Assembly (NCBI RefSeq): GCF_963921235.1
Contig: NC_086109.1
Coordinates: 23,624,001-23,688,000 of the forward strand
Direction of reading: 5' to 3'
Origin: Mobula hypostoma
Taxonomy: Eukaryota
Length of the DNA stretch: 64,000 nt
The translations under genes were made by a program, and so were the position numbers. This document shows, piece after piece, positions 23,699 to 35,540 of this stretch. How positions within the stretch are numbered: the stretch's first letter is position 1; every line of letters starts with the position of its first letter. Under the pieces are notes generated by a model that saw nothing but the letters and a program-made list of their open reading frames with translations, did no database searches and was not told the DNA's origin.

Positions 23699-26469
23699 AA
23701 CCCCACTTGGGCCAGGTGTTTTCCGTGGGGTCATCCTCCTAAAGGATGCTCTCACATCAGCCTCAGAGACAGAAATCACAAGGTCATTGGGGACTCCATA
23801 GAGGTTGGTCAAAGCGAGCATAGAGGGCATTGAGCTCACCTGGGAGTGAAACCTTGTTGTCCCATTTGTCACTTGGTTCTACTTTGCAGGAATGAATAGT
23901 ATTCAAGCCCTGCCACAGTTGTCAAGTGTCCTTCTGTGATTTCAATTTGGTCTGGAATTGCCACTTCGCATGTAAGATGGCTTTCCAGAGGCCGTACTTG
24001 GACGTCCTGCATTATACTTGGTTGCTAGACCTGAATGCCAATGATCTGACCCTCAGCAGACTGTAGATCTCTTGATTCACCCAGGGCTTCTGGTTGAGAA
24101 TGACTCTGAATGAGCTCGTGGGGATACATTTTTCTACGACTGACTTTATAAAGTCTGTGACAATCGTGACATATTCAGATTGTCTGTTAAATCCTTGAAC
24201 ATGGCCCAATCCACTGACTCAAAGCAATCCTGTAGCCACTTCTCTGCTGCCCATGACCACCTCTTTGACGTCCTTACATCTAGGGCATAGCTCATTAGCC
24301 TCTGCCTGCATGCAGGTCAGAGGAGGATAGCCAGGTGATCAGATTTCCCAAAATGCAGTCTACGGTTGGAAAGGTAGGCATTCTTTATGGTAGTATGACA
24401 GTGCTCGAGTGTATTGGGACCCCTGGCGCTGCAGGCAATATGTTGATGATAATTGGGGAGAGATTTCTTCAAGCAAGCCTGATTGAAGTCCTCAGCAATG
24501 ATTTGAAAGGGGATTTGAAATAGACAGTTTTTTTTTAAAGAAGCTGGGGCAGATCAATGGACCAGATGGTCCTCTTTTCTATTACATGGCTGACTCTCAT
24601 CAACAATCATTCATAATCACAGTCACATGTGCCGTTGCCTGAAATGTTGCATTGCAGTTTTTTTTCTCAGTGTTATGTGACTGATATTTTTCAGAGTGAG
24701 ATGAGATTCCCAGTTCATTTTGCAGAGAGACACTTGAAATGCTCCTCTCTGCTCTGTGCTCATTTTGAAATTGGGATGGCATTGTTCAGGCAGAGTTTGT
24801 CACTGGTTGTGTCCTGGACAGCAAGTTCTTCCAAACATGGTGGTGTTAGTTATGTCCTTGGTTATCTTTAATTGTCTGGCCCTCCGCTTTGCACCACTCC
24901 CTGCCCCTGACCTGGTGACTCCACCCCACCCCCACAATACCCCTGATTGGAGCTCCATCCTATCCCAGCACCCCACCCTGACTGCACAAAAGTCTGATCC
25001 ATTCTGTGCCCATTAGGGGCTCCAATCACTCTTCCCTGCAGTCTGACCTCATCATAGACATCTTACACTCTGACACTACCACAAGCTCCAATCCCCACCT
25101 TCCACCCCCCACCCCCCACCATTCTGGCCTGTCACATGTTCTGAGCCCTCTCCCACCCCCATTCTGGCCCTGTCACAGCCACTGATCCTGTTTCTGTCAC
25201 TTCACAAAAATCAACAGCATTCATCCCACCCACCCACCCCTGATCCACAGCTCCGGAAATGTTCCCTATCCATTCATCTGCCTTTGAGGCACAAACTGGA
25301 TTCAGAACAAGGTGCTCATTGCCAAAGTCCTGAAGAAGGTTCTCGGCCCAAAACATCAACGGTTTACTCTTTTCCATTGATACTGCCTGGCCTACTGAGT
25401 TCCTCTAGCGTTTTGTTTGCATTTCCAGCATCTGCAGATTTTCTTGTGTTTGTGACTCATGGCCAAAACTGTTTTTGGCATCTTTGTCCACCTGTTTCAT
25501 CCTTCTGTGACATCTGCATACCTCATCCTTTCGGATGCGTTAGAAGTTGTCGAGCAGATCCTTTCACTTGCTTGTATTCATGTTTTAGAATTCGCCAAGC
25601 TATTAATCAGCGGTTATTTGCTGATAACTGTTGAAACCTAATACATCTCCACTTATACACAAGTGGCTACCTTCTACTATGCAAGAGTATGAGATATTGT
25701 TAAGAGGTGGTATGAAATTAATAATGCTCACACAAAGTGTTGGATCTGACTCGCAGTCTGCTTAAATTGCCTCCCGCTGTCATTAAAATTATACATACCT
25801 TCCTCATAAAGTGTATCTTTAGCCAAGTTAATGAAATTCTCTGCTATTTTCCTGGTATAATGAGGAGAGAGCATCTCTCAATTCCCTGCAGCATGCCTAC
25901 TGTGGAGTGAGGCAGTGGGGAATCTATTTCTGGGTCTTAATTTACTTCTTGATTCCTTGATAATGTTTGTCCTGTAGGTGATATATTGAAATTAACCTTC
26001 ATTTCACTTTTCTATCGACAAATGACAGCCAGAGTACTTTCCACCAACACAAAGGCCACTTTATTTCACACAAAAATAAATTTGGAAATGGTGAACGGCA
26101 TTTCAGCAGAGCTGTTCTTGTTTCATTACCAACAGATGGGTAGAATTTACTCATCTTTGACTCTTGCTCCAAATTGTCTGATTCCCTTTTCATCTGTTTA
26201 AAATTACATACAGGCTTTAGGCTGCTTTGTTCCCATCTTAGCATCCTCCTACACATCAGAGCAGAAGGGACAAGTACTGGTCTCACAGCCAACATACAGT
26301 TGAATGGACCGATTTCCCTACACAATGCCTTCAGACCCCTTGAAGGATATTTTCAATATGTACACACAGGGCTGGTTAAGGGGTAAATTTTAAACAGCTA
26401 TGAAAAACAAGTCCAAATTGTGAACAACAAAATCATGCTGTGAACTCCTCAGCTCATTCTTTTCAACAG

Positions 26470-26559
26470 CCTATCTTTCTCATCTTTACTTGCTTCTGTG
26501 CATTCATGTTGGAATGCTCGGCACTCTGTTGGGACAGAAAGAATGGTCCTTCCATCCAG
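26470..26559 (+). other. Candidate 90-nt exon of an unidentified transcript
   Basis: Pyrimidine-rich acceptor ctcattctttttcaacAG and donor CAG|GTAAGA, in apparently non-repeat DNA. No stop codon in any + frame. Confidence 0.25.
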
Positions 26560-28290
26560 GTAAGAATCATCACAACAGATTGAAGCACTGAAAGCCAGCA
26601 ATAATCCCTCAGTTTAGAAGAAAACACCAGGAATATTCTCATACTGTAAAGAGAAATACAGACAATATACTCTTGGTTATTAAAATAAATAATGCACTAA
26701 TAGAGCAGAAAGTATATCAAAAATGCATCCGTTGAATAGAGAGTAATACCTGCCATGCATTACTGCAGCTGCGTGCTCATGTTTCCTTCAGCAAAACTAG
26801 ATAAAAATCCATGAGGCTCTCTAGCACGTTGCAAATTCTTGGACTGATTATGGTTAGAGGAATGCAATTACATCAATACACCCTACTTTCGCTGAATGAA
26901 TATATGAATGCGTTACATAATATATCATAGTGTTAGGTGACCTTTCAGAATTGGAATCAGTTTTTTATCACTGACACACATCATGACATTGGCGGCAGCA
27001 GTACTGTGGAATGCGTAAAACAATGTGCATAAGTTAAAATAAGAAATATATAAAAGATAAATTAGTGCTCAATGATAGCAAAAAGTAAGGCAGTGTTCAT
27101 GGGCCGCTCAGAAATCTGTTGGTGGAGGCAAAGTAACTGTTACCAAAATGTTGAACGTGTGTCTTCAGGCTCCTGTACCTCTTCCCTGATGGTAACGATG
27201 ATAAGAGGGCTTATATTGGATAATGAGTGTCTTTAATGATGGATGCCGCCTTCCTGAGGCACTACATTTTCAAGACGTCCTCAACGGTGAGAACCTTTTG
27301 TCCATGATGGAGTTCTTCTCTTCTCGTCTATGGCTGTACCATACCAACAATTTCTGCTCATGTTCTCTCCGAGCGTCAAGCACACCTTTCACTCTTTTAT
27401 CTAGTTTTGATGGATCTCATACTGAACTGGTTCACCCCAGTAACCCCAGACTCTCCATCAGCGATTGAAGTTTGTGTCTTTTCCTCATCCAGCTATAGAG
27501 CCTCCATCCAAATTATAATTAGCAAAACTGTGTAGTATTTCTCTTCACAGTTATGGACAAAAGTTTCTTTATCCAGAGAATTTTTAGCATGTGAAACTGA
27601 TTACCACAAGAATGGGTTGGAATGAATAGTGTGGATTTAATGGGAACTTAGGTAAATGCATAAGGTTGAAATAAATAGAATATTATGCAAATATGACAAA
27701 ATGAAATGGCAGGGTGAGGATGTTCATGTAGAACTTAAACAGCAGTATAGCCCATTTGGGCTGAATGGCCTTTTTCTGTGCTGTCAATTCTGGATAATTC
27801 TATCTGAAAGTCTTCATGTCAATATAGATCCTTCAAGAAAGCAAAGATGGTTGTTTTTCTTATATTGCTCCTTATAACAATCTATTTATCACAGTCCTAC
27901 CTTCAAACTTCTGCAAGCAGGTATACGAACATGGGGTCACCAACGTCTACCTCATGAGAGATTATGTTCAGAGCTCATATCCAGTGTGATGATCAAGTTG
28001 ACTTGTACACTGAGACACAGAAGATGTATCAATCCAGCAATTACCTTTCTGACCTCTCTCAAGGAACAAGACATTCAAATCTGCCAGTAATTCTTGCCAA
28101 GATTACCTTGTCACTTTATATGGTGGGGGGGGGATTGGAGGGATATTTGTCCCATGGTACAAGGTTCAGAAACAGTTATTAACCTGCAACCATTAGGCTC
28201 CTAAACCAGCATGGGTAACTTCACTCACCACTACTCTGATCTAATTCTATGACCTACAGACTCATTTAAAAGGACTCTCTATAACTCATT

Positions 28291-28516
28291 GCACACAAAA
28301 TGTTGGAGGAACTCAGCAGGCCAGGCAGCATCTATGGAAAAGACGAAACAGTCGACGTATTGGGCTGAAATCCAATAAAATGCTTGATCAGGTTTCAGCC
28401 GGAAATGGTGACTGTTTTACTCTTTCCCACAGATGCTGCCTGACTTGTTGAGTTCCTACAGCATTTTGTGTGCATTACTTTGATTTCCAGTATCCGTAGA
28501 TTTGCTCATGTTTGTG
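28291..28516. mobile_element. Older PLE pLTR fold-back insertion
   Basis: Inverted arms GCACACAAAATG..GGAACTCAGCAGG / CCTGACTTGTTGAGTTCC..CATTTTGTGTGC; degenerate duplication ctctataactcat / ctttacaacttat. Confidence 0.7.
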
Positions 28517-28552
28517 CTTTACAACTTATGTTCTTGGTGTTATTTTTTATTA

Positions 28553-29025
28553 TAGAAACATAGAAATCTACAGCACATTACAGACCCTTCAGCCCACAGT
28601 GTTGTGCCGACCATGTAACCTACTCGAGAAACTGCCTAGAATTTCCCTACTGCATGGCCCTCTATTTTTCTAAGCTCCATGTACCTGTCTAAGAGTCTCT
28701 TCAAAGACCCTATTGTGTCCGCCCCTACCACTGTCACTGGCAGTGCATTCCACGCACCCACCACTCTCTGTGTAAAAAAGTTATCTCTGACATCCCCCTT
28801 GTACCTACTTCCAAGAACCTTAAAACTATGCCCCCTCATATTAGCCATTTCAGCCCTGGGGAAAAGTCTCCGGCTATCCACGCGATCAATGCCCCTCATC
28901 ATCTTATACATCTCTATCAGGTCACCTCTCATCCTCCGTCACTCCAAGGAGAAAAGGCCAAGTTCACTCACCCTATTCTCATAAGGCATGCTCCCCAATC
29001 CAGGCAACGTCCTTGTAAATCTGTC
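28553..29025 (-). mobile_element. CR1 LINE 3' end
   Basis: MRGDLIEMYK..TQRVVGAWNALP C-terminus and AGAAACAT tail; same family as 48338-48992. Confidence 0.9.
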
Positions 29026-32000
29026 TTGTAAATGTAATTATTTGCACAGTGTCTTATTTTGCACTTTGCACGTGTAGTTTATTGTAAGTTCTATTGTATT
29101 TCCTTTTTTGCTTGTAAATGCCTGCAAGAAAATGAATCTCAAGGTAGTATATGATAACATACTTCAATAATAAATTTATCTTGAACTTTGAAAACCCACA
29201 GTCTCTGAAGATTTTGAAATAAGAGCAGCAAATGTCAGAAGCATTCAGCTGGTCAAGAGCATTGTCAGAACTGGTGACGAATCCTAGAGCTAAAAAGCTA
29301 ATGGTTTCTCTTTCCACAGATGCTGCTTGATTTGCTGAATGTCTCCAGCATTTTCTGCTTTTAGTTATTGATAAGCCACGTCTAATGAAATAGCACAATG
29401 GATTCATGAGAAAAGACTGTTCCTTCACTTCTTTCTCTACTAACCACTAATTCCTGAAGTGAAATTAAATTGATTTCTCTGTCTCAGATGGGAGTCATAT
29501 AACAGAGCAAAAAAAATTCTCACATTAGCCTTAACTTACTGTTGTCATTCAATTATCTTCTATTTTACCAGAAGGAATAGCTTACTGCCAGAGTTTGCAG
29601 TCACATTTAATTACTGATGCCTCCTACTGTTGTCTCCACTCTAGTGGTACAGTGTGGTCCTTCCACTGTCGTTAAGGCTTCATAACTTGATATTGAAAGG
29701 GCTGTTTCCTTTCCATATGCCACTGAAAAGACCAAAGACAGTGTGCTTTGGAAACAGTTCTTTGACTGTAAAGTGATTCAGGGCATCTAGGAAAAGATGT
29801 GAAGGGTGCTTTCTTTCTAACAGCACCCAACACCACCTCTCCATCACTCTGAGGCCTCAAAGCTTCAGAGGACACTTGCCCAACTCCTTGCCTTGGAAAA
29901 ATGGCAGCACATTCTAAGAGCAGTGTGGATCAGAGAAACTCAGGATAAGCCGAGAGACTGGGAGCCTTTGGTGCTTTGTCTGCCACCCAGATCCAACCTG
30001 CGTCCATAACATGACAGCTCTTCCCTCCCACCCCAGACGCACAACGGGATGCCTTCAAGAGATCAATGCAGTGGTTTACTTCCCATTTTGGCACACCAGT
30101 GCCTATGATTGGCCTTCCCATTTGCTGATGTACTGCCTCCTGGGGGGGAACAATGGGTAAAATAGCTACTGTTATGACATAAAACAGGCAGGGCCATTGA
30201 GGTATCAATAGGAGATGGGTTTGGGTGTTTTTTTATCCATTTTTTATGATAATGGCTGTATTGTATTACAAAGCGCTATGATAATCAGCAGTCTCGAATA
30301 TATAATCACCCCTGTCACTTCCCAGCCAGAGGTGTCATGCTGCCCTGGCACCCTGCAGAGCTTTTCATTTCCCTGCTATGAGCGGAGACTTGAAAAAAAA
30401 ACAAAAAAATAAATACCATGAACGCATCGCGGATAAAGAAGTATTTACTCACTCCGCTTCGAGTCACTTAACTAACTCCTTTCTCTGAATCTGGCTCCGT
30501 TTCATGGCAGCCATTGGATGGCAGTATGTATGAGCTTCCACCCCGACCGGACTTTTCCTCCTCCAAGCATCACATTAGACCGACGTTCACTTACCACCCA
30601 GTGTCAGGATCAAATATCCCTCATGCATGTGTTGCACATCTCGATATAGAATAGGACTCCTTCCACATTTCCCAGTTGTGTGCTCCCAGAACACATCCGG
30701 CATGGCTTAAGGACAGATTAGATTTGCCTCCACATTATACTAATCTCAAGGAAGTCCTCTGTTTCCCCTTTCCTTGCTTTTCCAATGGTAAGCTTCATGT
30801 TTCAAATTGAGGCATTTTGTGTAGCCTCTGGACGGGAGGTCCCCAACCTGTGGTCTACAGACCCCTTGGTTAATGGTTAGACTCCATGGCATGAAAAAGA
30901 TTGGGAACCCCTGCTCTAGAATGACATTATTAGTGTACTGTGCATGTATTTTGAAGGACCCAAAATAGGATAGAATGAAAAATCTTCATTGCTAGTTCTG
31001 TAACATCGCCACATGGAGCCACTGTGACACCCAGTTCTAAACTCAATTCTCAAGGCTCATTCAACCAAGCTCTCCGCCTTCGCCCTGATCCTTTGTTCTC
31101 TGTCCCTTATACTTAAAGCAGCTTTCAGAAGAGGAAGAGTCCGCTCTGCATCTCAAGTTTTGGCTGGTTTCTTGCTGGTCCAATCCAAGCCAGTCCATTA
31201 TTCTGCTCACCGTCTGTGTCTCTGGATGAGTGCCCCAAATATTCATACAATTTCCAAATTAAAGGTCAAATAAGCTCATCCATTTCTATTCATAAGACTC
31301 TACACGGTTCAACAAACTGCTGAGTGACAACATAAGTCCAAATTTCGCTCTCGATTCTAGGTGACAGCTTTAAATTATTGGTCTTTAATATTCAATGCAC
31401 TCCTGTGTTTCCCACCTCAGAAACTTCGGTGGTTACAAGAATGGAGGGATAGAATAAAGGAGGTCATAAAACACGCGCCACAATTCCCTATGTGTGGACA
31501 GTTAATCCTTAAATGCTAAAAGGGAACCAAGAATTGACACTCCCAATGGAGTTGATGCATATTTGACCAACAGTTATTTAGCATTGGTAGAATTCTAAAG
31601 GGGTAATTTGTGAAGTTAAATTTGAAACAAAAAATAATTTTAATATGGTTGTGATTTTCATCGTTTTCCATGGAATTGTTATATAATTTGTTTGTGATGA
31701 TCGTATGTTACTTTACATTTGAATTCAGCTTGGAGAACGACTGAAAATGACACATATTGGTATGTAGTTATAGGTTTATGAAGTTACTATTGCAGTCGAT
31801 CCTGCCTGATCCACTGAGAGTTTCCAGCATCTTCTGCTTTCGTTTCAGATTTCTAGAATCTGCTATACTTTTTCAAATTTGAATTCTCAGTTGTAATCCT
31901 TTACATTATTCCATTGTGTGTTGCTCTCTTGCCATACAGCAATCTCAAGGATTTTCTCTCACCTCATTCAGCAGTTGGGTTATTCCTGTTGTTTGCAAGC

Positions 32001-33530
32001 TCCCAGGCTGTAAAGAGAGGAAATTATTCAAGGCTGTTGGTCCTGATCACTTCCCATAATTCTTGGTTCGGTGAAACTCAGCAATGCTCCTTCCCATTGT
32101 TTTGTTGTACTTAGGTTAGGGAAATAATCACTCTGGTGATCCATGCATGAAAAAATTAGAAATGTGGCAATATGCTTCTCTTCATTATTGCCCACTTTGG
32201 ATCAAAACGTGATGAAAAGCAACAAGGAGGTCTATATGTATGGCTTCATAGTGAGGATCGATGAAGGGCATGTATTGTTTCTTTCATTAGGCAGCAATCT
32301 TGCAGTTTCTTTAACTTTTTTGTTTGTTTTTTTTTATGGGGCTGAGTTTCTGGCTTGATGCTCAACCCAGCATGGATGGAAAGTGTGCAAGGAACTGGGT
32401 GGATTCGAACCCTGGACTTCACGCCTCGAAGTCTGGTGTGGATGCCACCACACCACTGGCCAGCTTGATGAAGGGTCTTAGACCTGAAGCGTTGACTCTG
32501 TCTTCCAGTGGATGTATCCCGATCTGCAGTGTATTTGCTGTTTATTTTTGATTTCTATCATCTTGTTTCTTAAAATTTTCACCTGCATTGAAAGGATTGA
32601 TTGCAGAGAAGTTTATTTCCGACTAAATGAGTGGAGCAGTCAAAAGGGCTGTTGCCGTACAGCTTCAGTTTAATGTCACCTCTGGTGCCTTTGTGTAGAG
32701 TTTGCACCTTCTCCATGTGATCGCATGCGTGCCTTCTCATGTTCCAAAGAAGTACAGGTTATTAGGTTAATTTGCCATGGTAAATTGCTCAGAGTGTACA
32801 GGTGAGTGATAGAATCTGGGGAGTGATGGAGTTGTGTGGAAGTTTGAAGGGAATGTGGTGAGAATAAGAGGTTCGAATCTGGTTAATTCATTTCATTTAT
32901 TTATGATACATCATGGTATAGGCTCTTTCCTTGCAGAGTCACCACATCATACAATATTTTCAGCATGGAAATGAGCTGGTAATCACCCTTTGAGTCTATG
33001 CTGGTACCATGAAGAATAATCCTACTGGTCATATCAGCAAACCCACCACTCTACCCCTTTGCTTGCCACACGCACCGGCAATTTCCTCCCTTTCGGATAT
33101 ATACTCAACTCCCTTGTGAATGTTCTGATTGAATCTGTCTCCCCTGTCACTATATTCCAGATTCTAACCACTCACTGCTTGAAGAAGTTTTGCCAGACAC
33201 CTTTATCCTATGTACTCTGAATCTTGACCTTTCGAACAAGGGGTACAATTTCCCTCTCTATGCACTGCCTAAGCTATTCATGATTTTAACTACAGTACCT
33301 CCAACAGATACCTTCCCAATCTCTGTTCAGAGGACAAAAACCCCACCTTCAGTCCTTCCATTTTTCCACATAACTAACGGCCATTATCTCTGGACTAATT
33401 CTAGTAAATCTCTTCTGACCGCCTATATAGATTCATAGGAAGATTTCACATAGAAACAGGCCCTTCAACCTACTGACCATCAAATGCATTTTACATTGCT
33501 CACATTGTTTAATTTAATTAAATATATAAA

Positions 33531-34080
33531 GTACTGTGCAAAAGTCTTAGGCACATACATTATATATATAGTTAGGGTGCATAAAACATTTGCTGTATTT
33601 GTTAACGTGGAGTGGAGAGTGAGCTTGTAACTCTGGCAGGAGAAAAGGGTGTTGGGAGTGTTGGGAGTGGTGACAGTGTAGTGCTGCGGGATGGGGGTGG
33701 AACAGATAGCAGAAAAGGAGGGCCAGGAGCAGAGGGGTGGCGCGGGTGCAGACTCCCTTAGCCCTGAGACACCAGGCAAGGGCATTTGATTCCAAACAAG
33801 TGATTTATTAATAATCATAGAATATCTCTCTGGTGCTTCTCGCTCCCTCCCCTCTCCTTTCCCTTTTCCCCAATTATAATTCCACTCTCCCTGCCCCTTC
33901 CCACTCTCAGTCCATAATAGAGACCCATATCAGAATCAGGTTTATCATCATTTACGTATGTCATGAAATCTGTACTTTCTGTGGCAGCAGTACAGGGTAA
34001 TACATAAAATGACTACAGTACTGTGCAGAGATCTTAGGCACCCTAGCTAAATATACGTGCCTAAGACTTTTGTACGGTAC
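33531..34080. mobile_element. Non-autonomous Tc1/mariner-like element, sister of 11277-12569
   Basis: AGTACTGTGCAAAAGTCTTAGGCAC-type TIR copies at both ends; the interior is the reverse complement of 11345-11545 plus 12340-12500. Confidence 0.7.
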
Positions 34081-34107
34081 AATGTATATCTACCTATCTA
34101 TCTATAT

Positions 34108-34208
34108 ATATGGAACACTTCATGAATATGCATGTCATCCCTGTGCAGGGGCCATGCTAATCTTCTCTGTATTGTTTCAGTTTTAGTATATGTGCTGCCA
34201 AAGGGTAC
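34108..34208 (-). pseudogene. RNU6: U6 snRNA pseudogene, near full length
   Basis: Reverse complement matches vertebrate U6 (..GGCAGCACATATACTAAAA..ACAGAGAAGATTAGCATGGCCCCTG..). By eye there are 10 substitutions over 34108-34203, 6 of them at CpG. No PSE/TATA upstream and no T-run terminator. Confidence 0.95.
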
Positions 34209-35540
34209 AAGATCAGAGCCATCAACACGTTCACCCTACCAGTCATCAGATACCCACCTGCAATAGTGTGCTGGCCAAGGAATGAATTGGAAGCCACTGA
34301 CATCAAGACCTACTAACTAAACTACTAACAATACATGGAGGATTGTACATCAAGGGACTGTACACCCACTGGATTAAAGGGGGACGGGGACTTGGAAGTG
34401 TCAAGGCCACAGTTCTGGAAGAAATGCGAAACATTCATGAGTATGTCAGGAAGATGGCCCCTAAGTATGACCTGATAGGAGAATATCTCAGACAGCAGGC
34501 AGGGGATTTGGAAATGGAAGTGGGTGAAGCTGAGCCAGAGGATCAGAGACCATGGCAGGACAAGTCACTGAACAGGATGTACCATCACCAGATATCCAAG
34601 ATGGCTGACATAAGAAAGCCCTACCAATGGCTGGAAATGACAGGGCTGAGGGACAGCACAGAGGCACTGCTCATGGCTGCACAAGAACAGGCACTGAGCA
34701 CAAGCAATAGAAGCAGGGGTCTATCACACCAGGCAAGACCTAGGATGCAGACTGTGCAAGGAATCCACTGAAACCATCCAGCACATAGGAGCAGGGTGCA
34801 AGATGCAGGCAGGGGCAGCATACACTGAACAGCACAACCAAGTTGCAGAAATTGTGTACAGGAACATCTATGCTGGGTATGGATTGGACACTCCCAAGTC
34901 CAAATGGGAAACACCCAAGATGGTAGTGGAGAACGACAGAGCGAAGATCCTGTGGGACTTCTAAATACAGACTGACAACTGTTTTACTCTGACTCCTCAT
35001 CTTTTTTCTCCAGCCCTGCTGAAGGGTCTTAGCCTGAAACGTCGACTGTGCTCTTTTCCATAGATGCTGCCTGGCCTGCTGAGTTCCTCCAGCATTTTGT
35101 GAGTGTTACTTGGATTTCCAGCACCTGCAGATTTTCTCTTGTTTCTGATGAGCAGGTACTGGCTAACCAACTGGACCCTAATATTAGACAAGGAACAGAA
35201 GAAAGCAATAGTAAGTGATGTGGCAATCCTGAATGACTGGAACATCAGGAAGAAAGAATATGAGAAGCTGCAGATATAGCAGGGCTTGAAAGAGCAGACA
35301 ATAAGGATGTGGAAGGTTAAAGCCAGTATAATCCTGTTGATGATAGGAGCACTTGGGGATGTGACTGGGAGAGTGGCTCCAACAAATCCTGGGAACAACA
35401 CCTGAGATCTTGGTCCAGAAGAGCAAGGATACTCTCAAACTCCCAGGACTCTGGGCGAGAACTCGAGATTGTGGGAAAAATACACATACACACCACCCAT
35501 AAGGGGTGAGAAAAAAATAAAAAATTAAAATTAAAATATA
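34207..35540 (+). mobile_element. 5'-truncated R4-clade (Dong/Rex6-like) non-LTR retrotransposon
   Basis: KIRAINTFTLPVIRY, GGRGLGSV, LMAAQEQALST, CCHC knuckle CRLCKESTETIQHIGAGC, HNQVA, KILWDF and RLE remnants; AT-rich tail. Confidence 0.85.
34979..35146 (+). mobile_element. PLE pLTR fragment nested in the R4 element
   Basis: CCTGCTGAAGGGTCTTAGCCTGAAACGTCGACTG..GATGCTGCCTGGCCTGCTGAGTTCC interrupts the IQTD|QVLANQ coding sequence. Confidence 0.8.

Larger units (their letters stand above)
20860..24500 (-). mobile_element. Rex1/Babar LINE, degenerate, with two nested PLE insertions
   Basis: RT motifs NRSTADAISLAL, MLFIDYRNAFNIIIPSKLI, LYFLRSLRRFG and ILTGCIMAWYGN on the minus strand. Confidence 0.85.

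Noticed and set aside
26174..26386. 70-aa ORF with a possible acceptor (26212) and donor (about 26383)
   Set aside because: Weak splice signals and no recognisable protein similarity.
34108..34208. Functional U6 gene
   Set aside because: About 10 substitutions with CpG decay, no upstream PSE/TATA (LINE coding sequence instead) and no oligo-T terminator.
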